Shown here one piece after another: positions 14,601 through 30,141 of a DNA stretch of 64,000 bases. Numbering within the stretch: position 1 is the first letter of the stretch; every line of letters starts with the position of its first letter. This stretch comes from Dimorphilus gyrociliatus (lineage: Eukaryota; Animalia; Annelida). The position numbers and the translations under genes were made by a program. The notes below the pieces were generated by a model. The model searched no databases and was not told where the DNA came from. It saw only the letters and a program-made list of their open reading frames with translations. The stretch covers positions 1,302,001-1,366,000 of the forward strand of contig CAJFCJ010000003.1 in assembly GCA_904063045.1 (NCBI GenBank), written 5' to 3'.

Positions 14601-17600
14601 CGCCATCTCCAGATAACAAACTTTTATTCTAGTTTTATCATGGACAATCAATAAGGGATTTTACTCGACTCTCCATCCTATGCCGCCAACTAATTAATCA
14701 ATAACGATAACTTGCTATACGTGAACAATACTCTTTTGAAAAAATACTATAAAAAACAAAATTTAATCAATTCATATTCAATTCATTATAAATCATAAAA
14801 GAAAAAAACAATTGAACAGTTTGTAACCTTTTGCCACAACAGTTCAATCTTAAAATAGTAAAATATTCTCACAAACCAAAAGCATCTTTTTACAATAACT
14901 AGGTAACTTGAATGAACAAAATAAGTACGATTAAATGTATAATTGTAATAGTTTAGGCCTATTTGAAAATATTAATAAACATTTAACAAAAGTTAATAGG
15001 GGAATATTTTACAAATTGTAAAGATGGTAAGGGAATTTTTCATTTTGATAACCTTAAAGGAAAATACTGGAATTAATGATGGTGGAAACTATATAAAATT
15101 CATATTAAAAAGAGCTAAATATAGTCTGGATAATACTATAATATAGATTTAATTGAATATACTAAATTTGAACATTTGAATGGTTTTGCGACTAAATAGA
15201 TTAAAAAAGAAATAACGAAATGATAGGTAGGCTTCATTCGCTATAAATTTACGGCGATTAGCTAGATGGAAAAGTTTGTCAATAGTTTCTTGTCAAGAAA
15301 ACTATAGGAGCAAAGGTCAATAACCTCTTAGAGCGAAACGTCAACTACGTCCAATTGAATAGGTTCTTTTGAAAATGTTCGAATTGATAAAAAAAAGAAA
15401 CTCTCGTAGTTAGATTAAACAGTTTTTTCTCTCTAAACTCAATAAACCACGTATTATCTGTAATTTATAATCAGCCCACGATTCAGGTTTAGTGAAATAT
15501 CTAAAAATAGACAAACAGAGAAGCGTTACAAGATAGTAAAACTTAATAGAATTTGTGAGCTATAAAAGCCTTGACGCTGATTTATGTAATTATTTCGAAA
15601 GTACTCAATATTAATTGAAGATCTTATCTAATAAAGGCAAAATATTTAATTTAATCAATAACTGGAGCATACTTTTGAGAATAAAATCATAATTTAATTA
15701 ACCATTTCTTTATTAAAAGCTGGAATATAATGCACAAGGGAAGAGAAATAGCCGAAATTGCTTAAAACCTGGAAAGAGACGCTTTATAAAAGGATAAAGG
15801 CAAAACTTTACTACAGGACAATCATTAATATATACAAGTATACGAATCTAGAGAGAGAGAGAGGGAGAGAAAGAGAAAGGGGTGGGGTTATTGCATTGCT
15901 GTACATTTCGACCTTCAAAAATTATCTTCCTTCTATTTTCTCTCACAGTTATTTCTTTAATTGTGCAATTAAACTAAAGAGAGATAAGTTTCCTTTTTGC
16001 TACTTTACTAGACTTTACTGGTATTTTTTTTTAAAGCATATGCATTCATCATTTAAAGGTCAACAACTGTAACAAACCACTACTTATAAATCATTAACCT
16101 CTTTTACTACTTGACATAATATTACTTCCAATTTTAAAACTAAAGATTAATAGTTTGATAACAGTGACATCCCTCCATAGCTGATAGGTACAATCTGTCA
16201 ACACCCCAAGCGGATTGCAGAAGAAAGGATAATAGAAAATTTGATCAACTCCACTGGCGCCATCTTCTGAAGTCTAATTCAGTTGGCGAGAAATAACGGT
16301 TTGGAGTTTGTATTAAAAAAAGTGGGGCTCTTTATAAGTGGACACAAAAGGCAAGATCGCTTAAAGGGGGAAGAGAAGTGAAAAAGAGAGAAGCCAGGAA
16401 AATGAGAAAATGAAAAGAAACACCGGTATTATTTAGTTATTGTCCAACCCACCTGCTGATTTCTTTCGTTTTTAAAGCCCATTATGATATGTAGGCCTGT
16501 TATAACTCTTCTTCATATGCAGTATATTTATAACAATAAATTATTATATGGAACATTAACTGAACGCCTTCCTATCTATGTAATAATTTATATCGGTTTT
16601 AAACTGTGCTCTATAGTTTTTCAGACAGACACACGCACACGCACACATACACTCAGAAGTAAACATATGCACATATATATGCATGTATTAAGTATATATA
16701 TACTGTATTTGTGGATACTGTATATAATACTAGAGATGTAATAACTTAATCTTTACTCTTCGTTTATTGAATGTATATTTAGACAGATATATCTCTTTTT
16801 TATTCCTCTATCTTTGGCAGTAGTATACAATATTATATACTTTTATAGACAATGTACTCTCAAAGCTGTATAATCTACATAATTCGTTTAAGCTGTAACA
16901 TATACAGTCGGCTTAATGGGCGGGAACTGCTCCATCATATTATAAACTAGAAAGGTTTTGGTGTAAAGAGGAGAGGCTTACCCCAAATACAAATCTATCC
17001 AGAAGGGGAAGACAATCGGAAGAGGGGAATTTTTTTTTATATTGGTAATCCTTTTAAATTGAAAGACTCCCGGCGATTGAGCATCCTAAATAAATAACGG
17101 TTTAATAGAATATATACTGTAAAATATACTCTCTATATATAGTATGTTTATATAAATATATATGTACATATATATTTATATAAATATATGTGTGTGTATT
17201 TATGAATAGAAATCAAGCATAGTCTATGATTTAGAAGCCTGGATCGTGCTAAGACGAAAAAAAGGAGAAGGCACAAGGAAAAAATTGATATTGAGAATAT
17301 AGGAGAATTGAGAAAATGGTTTATGCATGACTAAAGAATCATATTCAATTAAAACATAAATTTATACCTTTCTTGTGTGAATGCAAGATTAAATTACAAC
17401 TGCAAAGAAGGCATATCAAGGCGAGTGCAATAAATTTCCTGTATTTATACATATTTTTTTCGCCAATACAGTATCTTATCGCGTCTAAAGACCGTAATTA
17501 ATTTAGCGGTATACTATTTACACTCTCGAGACGGTGGACTTTGCTTTTTATCGAAACGCATATTTAATTCTATTTTGTTCGATGTTCTTTTCTCTTTAAC

Positions 17601-17675
17601 TCCTTTTCATTTGTAGATCAATAATTTTCATTTTTCCTCTTCTTTTCCTTCTTCTCCTTCCTCTTCCTTCTTTTA

Positions 17676-20600
17676 TCAACATTGAGCATGTAATTTATCT
17701 CCTTCTTCATCTTCTTCGATTAGACCACCATTCTTCCGTTCTGTTCGCTCTATAGCCACTAAACTCAAGCCTTCTGTTGTCCCGGCGCTTTTATGAGTCA
17801 ACATTCCTCTTGGACGACAGCAGCATATCTTCGTCCAAAATATCTCCCGGAAGTGACGTCGGAATACGAAATATATTAAAAAGTTAACAGAATTGTTCAA
17901 AACCTGTATAAAAGTACAAAAAAAAAGCCGGATTAGAGAAAAGCAGGAAGAAAGGTAGAGAGAAAGAGAGACAGACAGAGACAGACAGACAGCTTAGCAA
18001 TCAAGCCATGTATATTACACGATAACGCTGATAGATGCAATTGAACAAAAAGAAAATTTTCCCTGAAGAAAATAAAATCTTTTTCCAATTGATGTGATTT
18101 AGAGAAAAGAACTTGCTGACCTAGACAAGTGAAGGGAAAAGGAATATAAAATATTTCTATATTAAAAGAACTAAATTAGATGATTTGCCTCACTTATTTT
18201 AAGCTTTTCATCGGGATAATATTGCCTCCAAACAGTTTATTAAATCATGCACTAAAGCAAGTATATTATTACTTGCAAACAGTTTCTAATCGTTAGTATG
18301 CAAACAAACAAATCTATCAAACGTTAAATAAATGACATATATAATTTCATTAGTGTTATTAGCTATCGCAAATGAAAGGACAGAGATAGAGAAGGAAAGG
18401 TAGAAAGAGAGAAAAAGCTGAAAAAGAGGACAAAGGAAAGGAGAGAAAGAGTAAATCAATTTTAAATTGACAGTGAAATGTAGAAGTTACTTATAAACTT
18501 TTCCTCTTAATAATGCAAGTGATCTACTAAAATTCTACCCTGTCTGTAATTCTAACTCTTTCCCAGAACATTTACTTTCCAAGAAATATATTAGTTATAG
18601 TATTAATATTTATTCTAATTTGCATAAATTATTAGCAACAAGGTTTCTGTTAAAAATTTCATTTTGCTTTTTTAACACAGAAAATGTAACAGTTGGACTT
18701 TATTGTTGCTTTCAATACCGCTACTGATGCGCTGTTAATATATGTAATACTAATATATATATACGTATATGTTTATACATATGTATGTATGTATGTTTCT
18801 GTGAGTATGTATTATATTTGGACTTGAATAAACAGCATATATGGAAAAGAAAATAGGTAATCTCTTATATTACAATGGAAAATTGTTACATTTGTTAAGC
18901 AATGTTTCCTTTATCATATTCTATATTAAACTATGGCAGAGTATATTACTATAAATGTAAAGAATCAATAAGACTAATAACTTTTCCTATTCCAAAATAT
19001 TTCTTATAGCAATAATTCATAAATTTTATTTTGTTAATAATCAACTAGAAAACAAATTACCAAATTTATACATAGAATAATACAATAATCAACAATCTTA
19101 TTCCTTCTCTCTAGTTTTGTTTCTTCTTATCTCTCTCTAATATTTAAGGGAATGTAATATTTCCAATATTGTCTCTTGTTAGACGACCAAGTTTAATTTA
19201 GTTTAGTCGCTCTCTATGAAAGGAAAGTTAAGGTCAGTGGAATTGCTAATTACAATACCATTGGGAACTGTCGTTATTAGTACTGTTACATAGCAAGCCC
19301 ATCCCTAAATAGGCAAAAATTTACCGAACAAAAGGACTTAACCTATTAATTGTTTCTTTTTTTTCATTCTACACTTTAAAAAGGCTAAATGAATAGAACA
19401 AATGTTATATCTTTCCCTTGGTTCTCAGTTTTCTCAATTTTTATTCGTTTTCACCATCTCTTTTCTCATCCATTCCTTTCTCTCTATGTGCCTTTTTTAC
19501 AATAGATCTTTTTTTATATTCAGTTTCTTCTAATCTATTTTTATCTATTCTTATTATCAAATCATCCAAAAATTTTATATGAATTGTTTATCTAGGTATA
19601 TAATTTCCGAATCCTCTCTCTCTCTCTCTCTCTGCATTGCCCTTCTATTTTACGTTCTCCTATAACGTAAAATATTTGTTCCTTTTCCATTTATACTTTA
19701 AGGTTAGCACCTTGTTATTTGTAAACTATATAAATAGGCTCATTTATTTTCCATATATTAGAATTGTTTTTATTCCGTTGCCGATTCAATCAGGGAAAAT
19801 ATATATATATATAAAATATAATGCACTGTGCCCTTTAATACATAGCCTGTATTCTTGTTAATATATTCTTTATCAGATTCGTATCAACTAGGAAATATGC
19901 TACGTGTTTTATCATTAAAATAAGAAAATTAGACATCATTAGACGTCACATGATCTTGTGCCTAAGATCAGCTATTACTTGCATAAGCTACGAAGTATAA
20001 ACAGTTATAATCAGCTAATTAGTCCAAGGAATAATAATCTTCTTTTATAAGATATATCCAAAGGAAATTTTCTATTTTAAAAAACAATTGGCAAGGAGAA
20101 AAGGGCATGTAATATTAATTGTATATTTTAATAAATATTAGTTGAAATAGGTGTTAAATAATATAAATATAAGAAAATAATTAACGCTTTAGATCTTAAA
20201 GGAAAAGTATGATAAAAGAAACTTCTATCTAAAGTAATAGGAAATGCCAGGTAACCAGCTACGAAAGAGGTACAGTATGATCATGGAAGAAAATATAAGT
20301 AGATTTATTTCCATCATTTATTCCATTTTCTCCTTCTTCACCTTAAATTTTTTCTAGCTACACTCCGCTTCCTACTGAGGGTTATGCATGGATAGGAGAA
20401 AGAGGTAGTGGAGTAGATATAACTTATGCCTTTATAAATTCTTGTCAAGTAACACATCAGCCAAGGAAATAAAGGGATAATAGACGATTGACAAGAACAT
20501 CCTCAGGAAAAGAGAGAAAAACAACTGCTGTTTATAGTAATAGAAAAAGAAGGGAGAGGAGAAAAGAAACATAATATATTCGACCAGAATATAACCTTTT

Positions 20601-23159
20601 AGCTTATTGCACACACTGTAAATAAAAGGGTAGATTCTGAAGAATTTCCTGGATTTGTCTTCGAGTTTCCGATAACGTGTAGCTACTTATTGCACACGCT
20701 ACTATAGTATTTACAAATTAATGAGAAAATTGTCCAACGAAAGTGCCGTGACAACTAAATACAATATGTGTTATAATTATGACTATTTTATCTACTACAT
20801 TCAAAATAGACTTGTAACTAATAAATACGGTAGAGTTGAAAAACAATGGGTGAAATTAGGCGAAGGCAAAATTCTATGACGGCTCTTTCAACTGCTGAAT
20901 AACTCTATTTAATTTTTGATAACCATTTATCTCATTATCTCATTATTTAGCAAAATAATCAATAAATAATATGTAATGCTCTCTTTAAAAGTTGCAAATT
21001 GACTTCCATAAGCCAATTCGTTTCTTGTTAACTTATTTATGAGAAGTAGAGAAATAATAAAACATATAGTCATGAATATTTAAAGAAAATGATATTCTTT
21101 TTTTTTAAAGGGCACTAATGAAATCATCGGATAGCCTAAATTAAGAGAAAAACACGTATAGCGTCACATATGCAGACTAGAAAAGAGAACTAGTTCATTC
21201 ATTCTTATTCTTTTTTCATTATATTTTGTTTGTGTGTTGTAAAAGGGAAAAAAATTAAAAATAAACATGAAATACATTTCTTTCTTTGTAACGTTTCGAC
21301 TAGATAAAACAGAAAGAAAATTGGAAATAGAAGTGGAAAGGGGAAAAGAAGGGAGAGTTTCGAATATTCATCATTTATTCTTCAATGGATTATCTATTTA
21401 TTATAATGGAAAAGCTGAGTTTTTTGTTTGTTTGTTTGTTTTCATTAAAGCTATCTTCTAAATGCAATGGGTAAAGTATTTAGAATATAGTATTAGGTCT
21501 TTATTTTTATCCGCTATATTTTGCAATATCATGCTTATCCAATTCATCAGCATCATCATCATCATCAGTCCTTTTCTTTCTACCCCTTCTCCCCCCTCTC
21601 TTTTCTTCGTCGCTCTCTTTCAAAAGCCCTCTTCCATGTCTTATTTATGCATGCAAGTCTTTTCCTATCTGTCTTTCTATTCTCTATTTTTTTTATACTA
21701 TAATGGCTCTATGGCGAGCTATATTTCTTTATCTACTTAGTGTCGTGTCCTAATACAATCTCACTTATAAACAAGACAATTTTTTTTCTGAACAACAATA
21801 GATGATAAACATAGCTAATTGAAAATTAATTATAACTTTACCATGAACATGAATAGGTAGAATAAATAAGGAGGCAACTATTGATAGGGGATTGATTATT
21901 TTTCCATTTTCTAAATATAAATACTGCAAACATTGGGCTCTCTATACATATATTTTAATTATCTATATACAATTTACAATATAGTAAGTAAATTATATAC
22001 TGTATACTCTTATACATATAGAGTTTAGGCTAAAGATACATATAGTGTAATTTTATAGAAATTCCTATATTACTGGTTTTATTTTTCTATATAAAAATGT
22101 AATCATAAACTTTATAATTTAATTAATTAGTTTCAGAAAGGCACTAATATAGATTTTAATATCTTAAATTGACTATTTTTTTACCTTGAGTATAGAAAAT
22201 ATTGGAGAAAAAAGAGAAAAAGAAAAGAATAAGGTGAATAAATAAATAAAGAAAAATTAAAGAAAGTAGCTTACCTCTAAAACGTTCACTACGTGAATTA
22301 CGTAGAAAGCTGTCTCGTGACAATGATCATATTTATATTGGGTCACCAATTGTACTATTCTAGCTGGAGCAAGGCATAACATAAAAACCAAAACGATGAT
22401 TATCATAACAAGAGTTATATTGTTCTCATTAGTCTCTTTTCTAGCCCTGCCTATCATCTTCTGTTTCCGTTTCTGTGCCGCTCGATAGGCCAATGTAACG
22501 TTTATATTAACATACGCCAATATTATTAAGGGCAATATAAAAGAGAATAGTTGATAAAATCCATCTGTATATATTACGCGATAGTAATAATTTGCCGTAT
22601 AGTTAGCTGGTGCCCAAGAAGCTGTTCCATTTCCAGTTTCAACTACTTTCAATTCGAAGTATCGAGGTAAATTATAGAGTATGCTGAAGGCAGTAACAAC
22701 AGCAACTTCTCTGTATACCGTAATGGGTGTATTACAATAGCGAGCCCCCAAGTATGGTTTGCAAACCGCCATGTAGCGATTCAAAGCTATAACAACAGTT
22801 AACCAAATTGTTTCTGTTTGCGCCATATAAAGTAGAGGAAATGTAAAAACTCTGGTATATAACCACGCTGGACTATTCCCAGCGCCGCCCAATGCGTATT
22901 CGATATAATAACGAATTGTATACTGCATTATCCATATACATAGGAAGGCGTTATCGGCTAAAGAGATTGTCTGCAGGAGGAATCTTGCTATCGGTGACGT
23001 ATGGTCCTTTGATAGGACGGATATCGATATAGCGTTACCGATAAAACCCAGTATGCAGAAGAATCCAAGTACAGTGTACAGACCCAATCTGAAAATTATG
23101 CAATCATGCGTATGCACTGGATCTACAGTACCATTAAATTGTCCAGTAGAATTGTTCAT
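17676..23159 (-). CDS. Second rhodopsin-class neuropeptide GPCR, FMRFamide-receptor-like; 2 coding exons, about 370 aa
   Basis: Exon 23159-22275 ends at donor GAG|GTAAGC and exon 17903-17676 starts after acceptor TATACAG; phase 0, 1113 nt total. Motifs: GFIGN, SLAD, AQTETIWLTVVIALNRYMAVCKP, YNLPRYFE, ENNITLVMIII, FMLCLAP, NNSVNFLIY. An in-frame acceptor at 23220 indicates an upstream exon. Confidence 0.9.
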
Positions 23160-26100
23160 TTTGAATAAAAATGGTTTTTCTATTCTTTTGAAATTTCCCC
23201 TATTAGCCAAATGTTTCACCTGGAATAAATTGGTTTTTTTCATGGTTAATTGATTAATTAGCCAGGTAAACTTTTGTATTATATTATAGGCAATTAATAG
23301 TTCTCTATGCCTGTATATGATAATATTCAGTATACATATGTATGTATGTATATATATATATATATATAAACACAGTACACTAGAACAGAAACTGTAACGC
23401 ACTGATAATTTATGTAATATTTAAAATTCAATATAGTTTTAATAAACTTTTCATCCGTACTCACTGACTCTTTCATCTATCCATTCATTCATTATAAAAC
23501 TCTTATACTTATTTCCAAACCTTTATTTTCTCACAGAAGAAAAGAAGTACTTAATTATCGTTCAATATCAGGAAGCTTCTTTCTCACTTTTTCCTCTTCT
23601 TTACCTTTTTAAGCTCCTGTATATCTCAACTACTTCTACTTAGGAATAATCCGGAAATTTTCTTCTATTATATTTTTTCGAATCAATAGGTTTATTATTG
23701 ATGAAAATAGCGATTAACGTACTTGAGAAATCTTTTATTCCTTAGTTCTACCGATAAGAGGCAAATTAGAGTAACGCTTTTTTTTTATAAACCAAACATC
23801 TAAAGGTAATCTTACTTCTAATTGTCAAACGGGGTATAAAGCAAAATTAAAATGCAATCTATATAAAGAGTTTCTAAAATCATATCTGCTTATAGAGTAG
23901 TGTAATTTCCTACCTTATCTTTTTGTTATGTTCATTCCAAAGTGATTTATAGCGGACACAAGACATATGCGCGTATTCGCATGCATTCCATATCTTTCCT
24001 AGATCAAATATACTTTATTTTATTTCTACTACTATACAAATATACATATATATATACAGAATATTCTTGATATATTCTTTATTTATAATGTGACCTCTAT
24101 TATGATCAGATCTAATATTTTTCAAATAAAATTCACATCTAGTCTAAATAATTAACTTTTATTTAAATTTTATAAGAAAATAAAACAAGCAAAATGAATA
24201 AGTGTCTCTGCCAATCTAAGTATTACTATAATTGAAACTAATAAAGTCGAACAATCTTTTGCAAATGAAAAGAAGAGAAAAAAAAAGGCGATGAGAAGGA
24301 CAAGAGAATAAAACAAATGTTATTTAGATTTTAGACTAAAAAATTCTAAATTAGCTGCATATTATTGATTAGATAAAAGAAAAAGTTATCCCCTTTTTTT
24401 TAACGGTGGATAATGCCATTTTCGGAACAGATAGTCAAGATAATTATAGAGAGACGCTTCCAATTGATTCTTGTCATATTCTAATAAAAATATAGTAATC
24501 ATAATAATAAGCTTTGTACTAGTAACTTGGTATTGCTATTAATATACGTAGGTTTCTATACATAAAATGCGTATTATTCACATCCTGAAAAATTAAATAT
24601 CCTTGTATTAGAGTTCATGATACAATATTTACTTAGTAGTTAACTTAATATATAAATTTGTAAATGTATGCCTTGATATATATTAATGTATATATATATA
24701 TATATATATATATATCTTCGCTTAGTCAATGACTGATTCTTATAGGGCAAAAAAAAAAAGAAAAGACATTTCTTGGAATCGTAAAATACTGTATATACAG
24801 TAATAGAGAATGAAGATTGTATTAATACATAACGAAGATGTTTTTCCTGTATCGCATTAATATCTTTTCTGTTTTTAGTAAAAAAATTTTTCCTCTGTAA
24901 AATAATTTTGTTCATAAACAAAAAGTTAATCTGTTAGAAAACATATTCCACTAATCTTTGTTATTACAATATTTTAAAATGTTAGCCTTTTTGTAATTGA
25001 TACGTAAATATATTGTTATATATTTTCTATTAATGAAAAATAGGTAGTATAACATTTAAAGTATACATAAAAAAAAAAGTAATTTCTAGTAAAGTAGTAG
25101 ACCTTCAATTGATATATTACTATTTGTTAACACTCTTGTCGAGACTTTGCAACATCGTCATTTCATTAAATGCTTTCGCTTTTAGGCCTAAATTGATACA
25201 GAAGGATTAAAAGTTTAATAAAGTTTTAGGATGCTTAAAGTTGAAGAATAAAGAGAAAATACCATTGTTTATCATCTTTATACTGTAACTTTGGCATTTC
25301 TAAAAGCATTGTCGTGGGAACCTTAAAAAATAATTTAAAGTATAGAGAGGAGAGGGAGTGGGGAGCGTCTACCGGCTGCGCATAACTAGCTAGACTTATT
25401 TCTCTTGAGCTTTAACTTCTGATGAAAAGTGTACAGATAAAAAGATAAAGATAGAAAACTCTAGGGAATTCGTTATCTTACAAAATAAAGCAAATTAAAA
25501 TAGTGTCGACATCTAAACCAAGTATCCTTTATTTGATAAAAGAAAGGGTGATGATTTAGGTCTATTTTTACGCTCTGATTGACTTCATACGATCTAATGA
25601 ATTTAGTTGAAATTAATTGTTATTTCTACAAGAAATTTCGAGGGCTGTGACACATAAAAAGGATATTATTACCTTCCTAAGTAGTATAAATAGTCTATAT
25701 ACTTGATATACATATATATATATATATATATACAGTATATCAATATGTATGCATACGTACACTGGATTATTTCATGTGCTGTATATGACATAAATGAACA
25801 TCTGTACATGCGTACTTTTTTCCATTCGAATATACGTTCTAATTTGTACATGTACATTGAATAAAAAACTGTAAAAGAATATTCTAAATATAGTACAGCC
25901 TTTTCTATAAGATAAAGAGTAAATGAATATTGCGGTGGTTGATTGCAATTTTAAGCTTCATTCGAATCATTTGCAAGATGATTGACGTCATTATTCAGAA
26001 GTTTAAAATAGCTCATTTAACGCAAGATCGACCCAGTCACTGATTCCCTCTCATAAGCAACAAGTTAGCACATCGAGGTAATGTATTGTGTACAGACACC

Positions 26101-27777
26101 TCATTAGAAGTTCTAAAGAGATTTTCTGTTGGAGAAATGACTGTGATGGGAATTCAACGTTATTACGTAATATCAATAGGTTTCTCACGTTCGGTAAATT
26201 TTATAGCTTACGAACGCTCTTTATTGAACGGTATTGTGAAATAGTATCGGTTTGGATTAAACGCCATTTCCTTTTTTTTTATATATGACTATGTATATTT
26301 TTTTTCAATATTCCTATTCTATTTCCCCCTTTTCTCTCTCTCTTTCCAAGTGTTCTTTTTTAAAACTTTTTGTTCTTTTTAACCTTCTTTCGTAATGCCT
26401 TTTGTTAAGTTAAAGTCATGCTCTCAAGCCTATAGCGGAAATGGAGAATTTGTTGATGGATGTCTGATTAAGTTTAATTACTGTTTCTATAGCAGCTTGA
26501 TAAATGATTCGTATATGTTATACGGATAGGGTTAGAGAAATTGATGGAGGGGCAAGCGAATTACATAAAACAATAGAGGCGTATCTATCGAACAATTTAA
26601 TGTTTTAGAAGGATAATCCATTAAAAAGAAAAAAAAATAGATATAAAGATATATTACAACAGGTACATGTGTTGTTAATTGCCTGTAAACAGAAAATTGA
26701 TATATAAACTAGATAATTTTACAATTAAAAATAAAATACAAAAAATAAATGCCATAAAAAAAAGGGAAAGAGGAAAGTAGTGTTTCCTTTTGTATCTATC
26801 AATTTTGACATTATAAGGTAAACATATATTGGAAATATTTCTGAGTTTACTTCTCTTTCTTATAAAATTATTGCTGTGGTGAATTTAATTTCATGTCACG
26901 GTACTTTGAAATTCAATTTCGCTTAAAGTAAATACTTTTCCAAGAACAAAATGTATACAATTAGTATCATTACGGGAAAAAAATTTGACCTCTTTCCAAT
27001 TGCTTTACCTTGAAGAGATTGTCCTATTCCTTTAATCACAAAAAAGCATACAGATATTAAAGAGATTTTCGCCAGCTTTTTTTATATGTTTATTACTATT
27101 ATTATAAACTTTATAGTAAATAATTTTTTTCTTTAATCAAAGTATTATCTACCTGGCTAAAAAAAATGTGTTTTTCTAGTTTCTAAGCTGGTAGTACTTA
27201 ATAATGTGGGTATCGTGTCTAGATTAGTTGGCTTTCTCTTTTTTTAGGTAATCTACATGTTGATGTGAAAATGGTAAAAAAATTTTCCGAATAACTTTTC
27301 ATGTTTCAAGATAAATAGAACAAATAAAAATAATGGACAACACCCCAGTTCTAACGTCCTTACCCCTTAAGAATATTAGCTTTAAGTGTATGTATAACAT
27401 AGCCTTTTTACTGTAATACTCGCTTTGTAAGCCTCTTAAACCTTCTAACCATAATTAAAATGCTGATAAAAATCACAAATATAAAAAGAATATAATACAC
27501 GGGCATATGTTTGATTTTTTCTCATTCCTGATGGAGGGAAACACTTAAAACTTGAAATTTACGACCGATAGATGGATAAGTAAACCTCTTTCCGGTTGAG
27601 AAACATTTTTTATGTCATTCCAGAGCGATAAAGAAGTAAACCAGAAAACTTTCTAGTAACATATACCGTAATAAAATATTTTCTATTTACTAGTTTCTTT
27701 GTCCATTTGAAGCATAAACTCAAATATGAAACAATGGTAAAAAAAGATGCTATCTTATCAGAAGCAAAAAGAAAGAG

Positions 27778-27841
27778 AGAGTGTGTGTGTGTGCGAGAGA
27801 GAGAGAGAGAGTGAGTGAGAGAGTGAGTGAGCGGGTGAGAG
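27778..27841. repeat. Compound (GT)n/(GA)n/(GAGT)n microsatellite
   Basis: GTGTGTGT..GAGAGAGA..GTGAGTGA run. Confidence 0.85.
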
Positions 27842-28538
27842 AAAAAGAAAGAAAGGAAGAAAATTCTAAAAATAAAAAAAGAATAATTATTTTTACAGCT
27901 TTGACCCAATCAACTGTAACTAGATAGCAGTGTAGCTAAAATGGGAAAAAATATACATGTACTCTAAATAAACAGTTTATCTTATTTACAGTAATTGAAT
28001 ATTTATTACGGCGTTTCCACATGTTATTCTCCGTTTTTCAAAGCTATGCAAATTAAAGTAACTAGTACATTTTTGTATTTAGATGATATGTAATTTAAAC
28101 AGTATTTCAAAAGTGGCCAAAAAAAGTTGAATTTCTTAAAAAACGCTGTAATTTTTTCACCCAATTCCTCCTTCTATTTGTTACAAATCAATTGGATTCC
28201 TTATAAACGTTATCAAAGAATCCGTTCAAGCGATATACAATGAATAAATCGACTTACTTGGCAATCAAAAAATTAAGGGAATAATTTTATCCTTGTTTTT
28301 TTTTTTAACTCTTTTTCATTCTTTCTATCTAACGATGCGTATACATTACGAGTTGTCATCGTCTCTCTTTCACAGTATTCAATCATTTTTTCACTCTCTC
28401 CTCTCTCTCTCTCTCTTTCTCTTTCACTCTCTGAATACGTTTATCATTCCCTTTCACCATTCAAATCATTCTGATATCTAGCGCTATCATTCTAATATTA
28501 AACTCACAAGAAAAAGAAAATATAAGAAATTTCTTACC

Positions 28539-28700
28539 TGGTAAAAGGAGGCTGGAATGAATAAAATTCCTTCCTCTAAAATTAGTGAGAACAATGAAGA
28601 TTCTAAAGGCTTCTTCTTCTGATAATTTTATTTATCTCTCCTTTATTGTTTCTTTTCTCCGTTTCAATAGTAAAATGAACAGTTTATAGAATAGGCACAA
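28539..28700 (-). other. Putative 5' UTR exon of the second GPCR (upstream boundary approximate)
   Basis: Strong minus-strand donor CAG|GTAAGA at 28538, compatible with the acceptor TTATTCCAG at 23220. A GCGCCACCTA motif lies about 0.7 kb upstream at 29232-29241. Confidence 0.35.
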
Positions 28701-28859
28701 ATAAGATCAACGCAGAAAGAAGTGAGACACGTTTATCTATGCACTTACGTATAAAGTAGCATATCCCTCTTTACATACGTATGCTCATATATTTTCTTAT
28801 AATTAGCTATCAATTAAAAAATTTATGCATATATCTCTATATGTATATAAATGCATAAA

Positions 28860-29075
28860 TAAAAATAAATATATATATACATGTATATGTATATATATAT
28901 ATATGTATATGTATATTAATATATATATATATATTTATACATATATATGAACATACATATATATATACATATATATGTAAATTATATATGTATATATATA
29001 TATATATGAATATTAGTGCATCTATATATTTATATATATATTATATATAAATTATATATATATATAAATATATTT
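28860..29075. repeat. Degenerate TA-rich low-complexity tract
   Basis: About 215 nt of TATA/TATGTA/TACA units. Confidence 0.85.
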
Positions 29076-30098
29076 ACATATTCCAAAAAGTACACGCAGA
29101 CATGAATATATATACTGAGTAAATTCAAACAGAAATAGTCTCCTTTCAAAATAGGTGCAATTGGTGGTTGGTTCGGCGACGAAAATCGACAAACTGCAAA
29201 GGATAGAAAAAATTTCGCTCGTGTGATGAGAGCGCCACCTATCTTCCAACATATCGCCCGAGCTTACGGTTTTTGCTTAATAGGAAGTAATGCAACCGTC
29301 TACACATGAAAGTTTTGTTTATAGTAGGGTAAAAAAAAATTAGTACGTAAAGGGAGGGAAAAGAGACGCCTAAAAAACACTGCAGTATTATTTCTTATGT
29401 TTTTTACGCTTACGTCAATATTTTCTCTGAAAACGCCGGCGGGATTGAGATGAATCTCTATATTTACCCAAATTCTTCTTTAATAAATACATGTTAGTTA
29501 CACCACTATTGTAAAAAGAAAACGGACAACTGTAAGGAATTTTTTTAAAACTGGATCTAGGCGCTTTAGGCATTCCCTTATCTAATTTATTATTTAGATG
29601 ATGGTGAGAAGTTTAATCATACCCGTAACTCGTAAACGTCTTTTATCATTTAAGTTTCTTGGAAATTAGGTTCGGCAAAGAGTTTCCGTTTTAGTAGTTT
29701 ACAATAGTTTACAAAAGAAAAAGGTAGGTAAAGGTTTACAACGCGTAAAGAAATAACAATTTGACGTCCAATGTTCCGGAAGGAGCTATTGATAAAGGCC
29801 TATAATCTTTTAGAGTTCATATACTTTGTCTTTCTTTTCCTGTTGCATGAGAAGGCAGCTTAAATCAAGTTATACTTCTATATAATCTCCTTGCTTAAGG
29901 CCAAATAATAGAATAAATCGGTTTTTTGCAATTATTCAGCGATTACCAAGATTTTGATATGAAAAAGTGATGAATATAGTTTAACATTTGTTTACATATG
30001 AAGGAAGGTATCATCTGCATTTTATAAATAGTTGTGTAAATTATATAAATATATTCGTACATGTGTAGATATCAATATTTGTGAGTTAAATATATATA

Positions 30099-30141
<43 letters not shown>

